Source: Escherichia phage PGN829.1
Direction: 5' to 3' (one strand)
Sequence record: NC_070871.1
Length of the DNA stretch: 64,000 bases
This document shows positions 57,905 through 64,000 of this stretch, in pieces. The notes below the pieces were generated by a model, which ran no database searches, was not told the DNA's origin, and saw only the letters and a program-made list of their open reading frames with translations. The stretch's first letter is position 1; every line of letters begins with the position of its first letter. The position numbers and the translations under genes are program-made.

Positions 57905-58896
57905 GCGAATGCCTTTTGAATTATTTGATGAACTTCTTCTGGGGTAGCGTGATTTGGAATTTCAATCTCGTTAGCCCACGTTGGGTAAAACAAGGATAGT
58001 TCCCCACCCAAACCAACTTCTGGATGAGCAATGTCAGGATGGTCTTGCCAGTTAACGGCTTCGACCAGATGCTTGTTCGTGTACTGCAAGGTATCCATAT
58101 TGTCACGAATCATGAAGTATTGGGCATCATGAATATGAATACAAGGACGTATATCTAACCTGAACTCACTGGCTCTGACTTTACGCATAAACTCTGAGCC
58201 AGCACGGTTATTCAGTAAACACCAGCTTTGGCCTAATGCATTACCAGCAGTTCTGCCTTCTGCTTCTGCTTCATATGGAGTCTTACATGTCCCACGTAAA
58301 ACCTGAGCCAGTAAAGGAGTACGGACTCTCAAACCAAATGCAGCAGTTACATAACCAGTCTTAGCAGCTTCGTCTAGCTTAGCCTGAACCCAGGCATCAC
58401 TAACCGTATACATTTCGTGGTATCTGGACTCAATTAATTTAGCCTTCTCTTCCGAGAAGCCACAGTTTTTCATTAAGCCCATATAAGTTCCGCCGTAGGT
58501 CAGTAAGAAAGTAGGTGCTTTCGATTCGCTACGTAAGGCTTTATATTTTTTCTGTATAGAGTTGATGCTTTCTACAGAGTCATCAATATCCGGCATTTGT
58601 TCACCGAAATAAAATTTAGCTCTGAGTGAATGACCGTCAAACCCGTCAGTATACACACGCAATTTATTAGGGTCTTTGGTTGTTAGGGCTGATATGCGAT
58701 CCTCTAAGGACGCAAAGTCTAGCCCACAAAACAACCATCCACCCTCATAGTCAAAGCATTCAGATACTTGTTCCTGCATGCCATATTTACTAGCTAATTG
58801 TATTAACTCGTCATAGTCATCCAGGGTTACTCTATCCTTTATGCTAACTAATTTATTTAATAAGTCCTGCATTACGAAGTACCTTCTCCTGTTCAA
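57901..58896 (-). CDS. family A DNA polymerase, C-terminal palm part (split gene)
   Basis: Pol A motif A GLDFASLEDRI, motif B RSESKAPTFLLTYGG, motif C IHIHDAQ. Confidence 0.75.
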   Translation of the reverse strand: MNRRRYFVMQDLLNKLVSIKDRVTLDDYDELIQLASKYGMQEQVSECFDYEGGWLFCGLDFASLEDRISALTTKDPNKLRVYTDGFDGHSLRAKFYFGEQMPDIDDSVESINSIQKKYKALRSESKAPTFLLTYGGTYMGLMKNCGFSEEKAKLIESRYHEMYTVSDAWVQAKLDEAAKTGYVTAAFGLRVRTPLLAQVLRGTCKTPYEAEAEGRTAGNALGQSWCLLNNRAGSEFMRKVRASEFRLDIRPCIHIHDAQYFMIRDNMDTLQYTNKHLVEAVNWQDHPDIAHPEVGLGGELSLFYPTWANEIEIPNHATPEEVHQIIQKAFA

Positions 58897-59509
58897 CCAA
58901 GTTATTAGCTAATACATAAGCAATAACTGCATTCATAACAGTATCTAGATCTCTATCTACCCGGATTTCTATTCTCTTACCCAAATGGGTAATTCTACCT
59001 ACCCATTTATTTTTTGACTTACTGTAGCTAACGTAAGGAGTTGTACTCCAAACCCTTTTGTTAGTTTGTTGGGTACTTCTATTTGCCCATCTACAGTTGT
59101 CTGGAGAATATCCTTTATAGGCATCAATCCTGTCGATACTAAGACCTGCTGCATAACCAGAAGATAATGCCCAATCTCGGAAAGTTTCGTATGAATTTTT
59201 CCACTCATCGCAAACACTTATGCCCTTAGCCCCATATTTGTAATAAGTGGAACACTTTTCATTATGGCAGCGGTCAAGGATGCCGTAGTAAACCTTATAT
59301 AGTAGTTCCTTAGAACGACCATCTTTATAGTTACGTAGGCATTCTTTGTGTAAACATCCACAACTTCTTGTATGACCACTCTTTAATTTTTGATTGTTGA
59401 CTATAGTAGTATTCCCACAGTCACAAAGGCATTCCCAATGCTTTGCATAGTATTTGTCTTTGTGACTGAACCTGACTACAGTCAATCTATTAAATTTCTT
59501 TCCTATCAT
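58853..59509 (-). CDS. HNH homing endonuclease interrupting the DNA polymerase gene
   Basis: Cys cluster CLCDCG...CGCLH, HNH-like IDRIDAYKGYSPDNCRWANRSTQQTN; overlaps both polymerase pieces. Confidence 0.7.
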   Translation of the reverse strand: MIGKKFNRLTVVRFSHKDKYYAKHWECLCDCGNTTIVNNQKLKSGHTRSCGCLHKECLRNYKDGRSKELLYKVYYGILDRCHNEKCSTYYKYGAKGISVCDEWKNSYETFRDWALSSGYAAGLSIDRIDAYKGYSPDNCRWANRSTQQTNKRVWSTTPYVSYSKSKNKWVGRITHLGKRIEIRVDRDLDTVMNAVIAYVLANNLVEQEKVLRNAGLIK

Positions 59510-61323
59510 TTGGCACCACTAATTGTATTTTTCAGGGACTGGATTAATGTATCCAGCTTGGTCCTGTTTGGCAAGTAACAACTAGGTGGAGCTTCGAAGC
59601 ATTTCTTAATCTTCTTGGCATATTTAGAGCCGGATGGAATTGTTTGTAGATTTGGCTCTGAAGCCGATAACCTACCGGAGACTGTGCCTCCCAGATTGAG
59701 GTTACCGAACAGGTAGTGCCAGCCATCCGGTCCCGGTTGGGCATTCCTGAAAGCTGGTATAAAGCTAGTGATAATCTTATCCACGAGCTTATAGTCGATA
59801 AGTGCATTGAGCAGTTCCTTAACATCTTCACTCTGCGTATGTGTACGCAGTGCTTTAATAGTGTCACCGTCAGTAGTAGGTTGCTTGCTCTTAGTAAGAC
59901 CAAGAACTGGTAAGCCAATATAATCAAATAACAGTTTCTGTAATTGTGGACCGGAGTTAGGATTAAACTGGATGTCACAATCAGCCAGTGTTACCTGCTT
60001 CTTCTTAAGCTTAGCATTCTTATCGTCTACCCATTCCTGACGAAGCATCAGGGTAAAGTTCTTCATGAGATTAGACTCACGAATAGTTTTCAGAGCCTGG
60101 TTCCTGTCAGTTTCCATTTCTTCAGCTACTTGGTTAACGGTTTCCATATTCATGGGCATACCGGTTAACTGCATCTGAATAATGTCTTCACAGGCTGGTT
60201 TAAAGATGTTGTTGTAAACATCTAGTTGGTCATCGGCAATGAGAGTATCCCAGTGCTTCTCATAAGTGTACCAAGTACACAATCCATCAATGAGGTTGTA
60301 GCGTAACAATTGCTCATTGGGTATAAGACGTATGTCTTTAATATCATCCTGAGCATAGTTACCAGCATATTCCTGAGCCTGGTCTTTCAGACTAAGATGA
60401 TTGCCTGCACAACTGTTAGTAGCCAGATAGGTGATTAACTTAGTACAGTCCCAATTACGCAGCATGATGTCCATGCCATGTAGTAGTCCCTCTGTATCAA
60501 TCAGATTATCCATGAATAACTGATAGATAAGTATGTACACATCATAGCTAATATTGTGATACATCTGCCGTTGGGTGTACTTAATGAAGAACTCACGCAG
60601 AAGGTTTCGAACAATATCATTACGGTTGATACGCCCGTATGGTGCTTCAGTAGCTCCAGGAATCGGCTCGTAGTCCACGTTAAAGGCTATGCCTTGTGTT
60701 TTACTCCAACAGAATGTAATTGTCCCTATACCGGCGTTATAGTGCTTTAAACCGAATGCTTCGATGTCTATAGCCAATGGCTTATTCATCTCAAGCAACT
60801 GGTCTAGCCAGGCTTTAATCTTCTCGGGAGTATCCGGATAGGCTTCAAACTCAATGATTCCTTGACCTGGTTCAGCATACTGCCCACGTATGTGGTTAAG
60901 TAATGCATCCATACCCTGAGCAATCTTGGATTTCACTACAGGAGGGTCATAAAAGACCTGTCTGTAGCTAGGTGCATAGATAACCTTCTGCTTACCCCAT
61001 ACTGAGTCACAAACATAGCCGAGGTTAGCCTCTGCTTTAGCTTCTTTAGTCAGTATTTTGAAGTAGTCAGAATCGGTACAGATAATGTATTGAGTCTCTG
61101 CATCATCCAGTACTTGTTGCAGTTCCTGCTGTATGAACTCCTTAATCTCTCTTGCAGGAGTTTTCTTCTTGCCGGGGGCAGAATGAAGTTCAATAAAGAT
61201 GAAGTCTTCCATACTTAGGTCATAAGGCAGCAGATAGGTTTTAATCATCTCCTCCCTTCGGATTTGATGACCGAGGATAGCAATAGGATACTTACCAGTA
61301 TCCTGAGAGGTGATGTAACGCAT
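59506..61323 (-). CDS. family A DNA polymerase, N-terminal 3'-5' exonuclease and thumb part (split gene)
   Basis: Exo motifs (AIDIEAFG; YNLIDGLCTWYTY), Pol A SGRLSASEPNLQTIP ... IKKCF, then the frame diverges and stops. Confidence 0.75.
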   Translation of the reverse strand: MRYITSQDTGKYPIAILGHQIRREEMIKTYLLPYDLSMEDFIFIELHSAPGKKKTPAREIKEFIQQELQQVLDDAETQYIICTDSDYFKILTKEAKAEANLGYVCDSVWGKQKVIYAPSYRQVFYDPPVVKSKIAQGMDALLNHIRGQYAEPGQGIIEFEAYPDTPEKIKAWLDQLLEMNKPLAIDIEAFGLKHYNAGIGTITFCWSKTQGIAFNVDYEPIPGATEAPYGRINRNDIVRNLLREFFIKYTQRQMYHNISYDVYILIYQLFMDNLIDTEGLLHGMDIMLRNWDCTKLITYLATNSCAGNHLSLKDQAQEYAGNYAQDDIKDIRLIPNEQLLRYNLIDGLCTWYTYEKHWDTLIADDQLDVYNNIFKPACEDIIQMQLTGMPMNMETVNQVAEEMETDRNQALKTIRESNLMKNFTLMLRQEWVDDKNAKLKKKQVTLADCDIQFNPNSGPQLQKLLFDYIGLPVLGLTKSKQPTTDGDTIKALRTHTQSEDVKELLNALIDYKLVDKIITSFIPAFRNAQPGPDGWHYLFGNLNLGGTVSGRLSASEPNLQTIPSGSKYAKKIKKCFEAPPSCYLPNRTKLDTLIQSLKNTISGAK

Positions 61324-61332
61324 AGCTTTACC

Positions 61333-61863
61333 TTAGAAAATCAGATGGGAAGCTGCATAATACTCAATAGAGGGCAGAATCTTCTCATACTGCTTGATTG
61401 CCATAGCATCACCAGCAAGTGTCCAGGCTGCTTCACGAGTACGTGGCAGACCTTTATACTTACCAGTCTGGTCTTGTGCTACCAGACACTCAGGCAGAGC
61501 ATCACGTACATCCTGATAGGACATACAGCCACGAACCAGGCGATATACAGTCTGGTTCACAAGGTGTACTTCCATAATCAAACGACTGGAGGCTTTCAGA
61601 TACTTGTCCATTGCAGGCCATAGTTCTGGATTAAGCGTTAATCGCTCACCGTAGGTTGGAGGCCTGGTAGCGTTAGAACGCTGATAGAACTCCCCCTGGT
61701 GAAGGAATCCAGCCGATACATCAATACCATTGATACGGTCGTTCTTATCAATAATACTGTTTAACACACCATCAAGACGAACCAGTTCTGCTAAGAACAG
61801 GTGTTTGACTATCTCGCTACTATTGGCAACCTGACCAATAGTCGCTGAACCAATCTGAGGCAT
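61333..61863 (-). CDS. hypothetical protein
   Basis: 176-aa ORF between polymerase and helicase. Confidence 0.4.
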   Translation of the reverse strand: MPQIGSATIGQVANSSEIVKHLFLAELVRLDGVLNSIIDKNDRINGIDVSAGFLHQGEFYQRSNATRPPTYGERLTLNPELWPAMDKYLKASSRLIMEVHLVNQTVYRLVRGCMSYQDVRDALPECLVAQDQTGKYKGLPRTREAAWTLAGDAMAIKQYEKILPSIEYYAASHLIF

Positions 61864-61873
61864 ATATCCTCCC

Positions 61874-63184
61874 TTAGAAAGTTAGACCACCGTACTTACT
61901 GGCAAGATTGCCATAGAACACTACACGCTTACGAGCACGAGACACAGCGACGTAAAGCAGACGGGCAACCATATCTGGTTGGCGACAGCTTGAGAGGTCA
62001 TTTGCATCAATGAAGATTGTGTCATAAGTAGAGCCTTGTGATTTATGGACAGTACATGCATGAGTAGCACGTAGGTCTGGAATGGTTTCTTTAAGACGGA
62101 AATAAGGTTCCCAGTTTTTCTCTTTACCTAACCACTTAACCAAACGGTTGAAGTAGTCTGGGTCAGTAGGAACTGGAACTTCACTTACAATGCCACCATA
62201 ACCGAGGTCAAGAGTACTATCACGAACTTCCAGTTCCAGGTCACCTGTAACTTTAATCATGCGAGTACTGCTATCCTGGTCGATGAGTTTTACGTCCTGC
62301 TCAATAGACAAACGGTCTTCCACACCCAGGCGAACAGCAGAGTTAGATACCAGCTGCTCGCCGATGGAGTACTCACCTACATAGCCGTTAGCCTCACGAA
62401 TGTAGTTATTGTAATTAATAACCTGGTCATTTGTGTAAGCAACAATACGGCTGTTGGTAGGTTGAGTGAAGTGACTGAGAACCAATTTCTCCATCTCTTC
62501 CTCCTGTACCCAGTCAATGATACCTGGGATACATTTAATTGGCAGGAAGCCTGTCTTACCTTCCACCGTATCACGCAATTGCTGGTGCAATGCTTTAAGT
62601 TCCGGTGCATCAGTACGCATCTGTTCAGTCAGATAGTGTGTTGGGATATTACCTGCATATACCGGAGACTTATTCTCTTTAACGGGCAGTAGCTGAGAAG
62701 CATCGCCTACAAATACCAGTTTGCACTGGTGAGTACCTTCACGAGCATACTTAAGTAACTGACGATCAATCATGGATGCTTCGTCTACGAAGATAATCTT
62801 GTTCTTCTTAATGTTGAATGATTTAGATGGCACTACGTTAGCCTCACCAGTCTTAAAATCATTCTTAACAATCAGACCCTGGAAGGAGTGATAGGTAGAT
62901 GTTGGACGTCCTGTAGCTTGAGCCAGTACTTCAGCAGCTTTGTTCGTGGTTGCAGTCATGACAACTTCGTTATACAGGGGCTTGGTTCCCATCAAAGAAC
63001 AAGTTTCCATGTATGCAGGCATAGTGTCATCAATGAGGTGCGACATCAGGAATGTCTTACCAGTTCCCCCTGGGCCACTAATATTGAATTCGGTAGCATT
63101 AGGGTCGAGCAGGAAGTCGAAGAACTCCTTCGCAACCGCTTCTTGCCCCTGGTTCAGTGGGGCTTTGGTAGGTTTGGAAAACAT
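61874..63184 (-). CDS. SF1 DNA helicase (Dda/RecD-like)
   Basis: Walker A GPGGTGKT, Walker B FVDEASM, C-terminal VAVSRARKRVVFYG. Confidence 0.7.
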   Translation of the reverse strand: MFSKPTKAPLNQGQEAVAKEFFDFLLDPNATEFNISGPGGTGKTFLMSHLIDDTMPAYMETCSLMGTKPLYNEVVMTATTNKAAEVLAQATGRPTSTYHSFQGLIVKNDFKTGEANVVPSKSFNIKKNKIIFVDEASMIDRQLLKYAREGTHQCKLVFVGDASQLLPVKENKSPVYAGNIPTHYLTEQMRTDAPELKALHQQLRDTVEGKTGFLPIKCIPGIIDWVQEEEMEKLVLSHFTQPTNSRIVAYTNDQVINYNNYIREANGYVGEYSIGEQLVSNSAVRLGVEDRLSIEQDVKLIDQDSSTRMIKVTGDLELEVRDSTLDLGYGGIVSEVPVPTDPDYFNRLVKWLGKEKNWEPYFRLKETIPDLRATHACTVHKSQGSTYDTIFIDANDLSSCRQPDMVARLLYVAVSRARKRVVFYGNLASKYGGLTF

Positions 63185-63217
63185 TTAAATCTCCAGTAAA
63201 AAACCCTCTGTAGAGGG

Positions 63218-63679
63218 TTAGATGTATGGGGTTAAATCCGGGGGAGTGTAGTCTTTCCCTTTCATAACTTTCTTATTCTCATTGAAGACAGGTTCCCCAT
63301 CTTCAAACTTAGAATAGTTAGAGCGATTGACTTCAGCCAATGCTCCCGGGACATTCATCCCAAGGAAAGTACCGACGCCAGTTGCTGTAACAATCTGGTC
63401 TGCCAGTGAGTCCAGCAGGTTGGTACTAGCATCAATGCGATATGCATCGTCCTTACGTTTCATATGGTTTGCCAGATTTGTAATGGCATCTTGTGCTCGT
63501 TGCAGCAATTCTGCATCATAGCTACCATTCGGATAAATGGTCTGAAGCATTTCTTCTACTTCTTCCAGATGACAACCAATCTGGGTACTAATATTCTTAC
63601 TCGTCGGATTTGGTACTGCTTTCCGGAACCAGGCTTCCGTATTTGCCAGCGTACAAACGGATGAACTTGTCATGCTCAC
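63218..63679 (-). CDS. putative MazG-like nucleotide pyrophosphohydrolase
   Basis: All-alpha acidic motifs HLEEVEEM, LDSLADQ, EVNRSNYSKF; true start may be an internal Met because of 83-bp overlap with upstream ORF. Confidence 0.35.
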   Translation of the reverse strand: MSMTSSSVCTLANTEAWFRKAVPNPTSKNISTQIGCHLEEVEEMLQTIYPNGSYDAELLQRAQDAITNLANHMKRKDDAYRIDASTNLLDSLADQIVTATGVGTFLGMNVPGALAEVNRSNYSKFEDGEPVFNENKKVMKGKDYTPPDLTPYI

Positions 63680-63992
63680 TCTCTTGGTTAAGGTGGCGAT
63701 TATTATATGCCTCCAGAATCAAGTCTCTTACATATGAGCGAATCTCATAAGCTGGACCAACTTGTTCTGATAGCCAATCTGCCACATGGGTTGGTAAAGG
63801 ACGTAATACGTTTTCCATGAACGTCCGACGTGTGTCGGCTGGTTCAATGTTTAAAGAACGCAATCGCAAAGTAACCGTAGTGGGGTGAACCCCCAACGTC
63901 TTAGCGATAGTTGCGAGGGACAGCCCAACAGCATTCATACGAATGATGTCTTCATCAGTTGCTTTGCGATTACTTCTGAATACTTTACTCAT
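63597..63992 (-). CDS. helix-turn-helix DNA-binding protein
   Basis: GLSLATIAKTLGVHPTTV HTH near N-terminus. Confidence 0.45.
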   Translation of the reverse strand: MSKVFRSNRKATDEDIIRMNAVGLSLATIAKTLGVHPTTVTLRLRSLNIEPADTRRTFMENVLRPLPTHVADWLSEQVGPAYEIRSYVRDLILEAYNNRHLNQESEHDKFIRLYAGKYGSLVPESSTKSDE

Positions 63993-64000
63993 AGTACAAT

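Noticed and set aside
1-64000. Prophage, integrase, CRISPR array or reverse transcriptase/DGR
   Set aside because: No integrase-like or RT-like ORF, no att-like repeats and no regularly spaced direct repeats were seen; the window is a lytic N4-like genome.

Overview
This window reads as most of an N4-like (Schitoviridae-type) podovirus genome, probably from an enterobacterial host. All calls are by eye from the six-frame translations and the DNA; no searches or folding programs were run. Layout: a minus-strand early/host-takeover block (1-14051) with a split T7-like RNAP II (gp15/gp16-like) and a gp17-like Ig-domain decoration protein; a plus-strand late block (14223-47400) running terminase, tailspikes, lysis cassette, portal, scaffold, major capsid, internal proteins and a 3456-aa virion RNA polymerase; and a minus-strand replication block (47438-64000) with SSB, primase, family A DNA polymerase and SF1 helicase. 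The most notable observations are: three template-strand hairpins with GGA loops that match the architecture of N4 virion-RNAP early promoters; a tandem array of six or seven diverged small paralogs next to the first of them; a DUF2829 (Tad2-like) candidate anti-defense gene bracketed by hairpins beside the vRNAP gene; a DNA polymerase gene split by an HNH homing endonuclease; and a cluster of tRNA-like T-arm/acceptor elements that do not fold as canonical tRNAs. Four HNH endonuclease genes plus one weaker endonuclease-like ORF are present. No integrase, CRISPR array or reverse transcriptase was seen.
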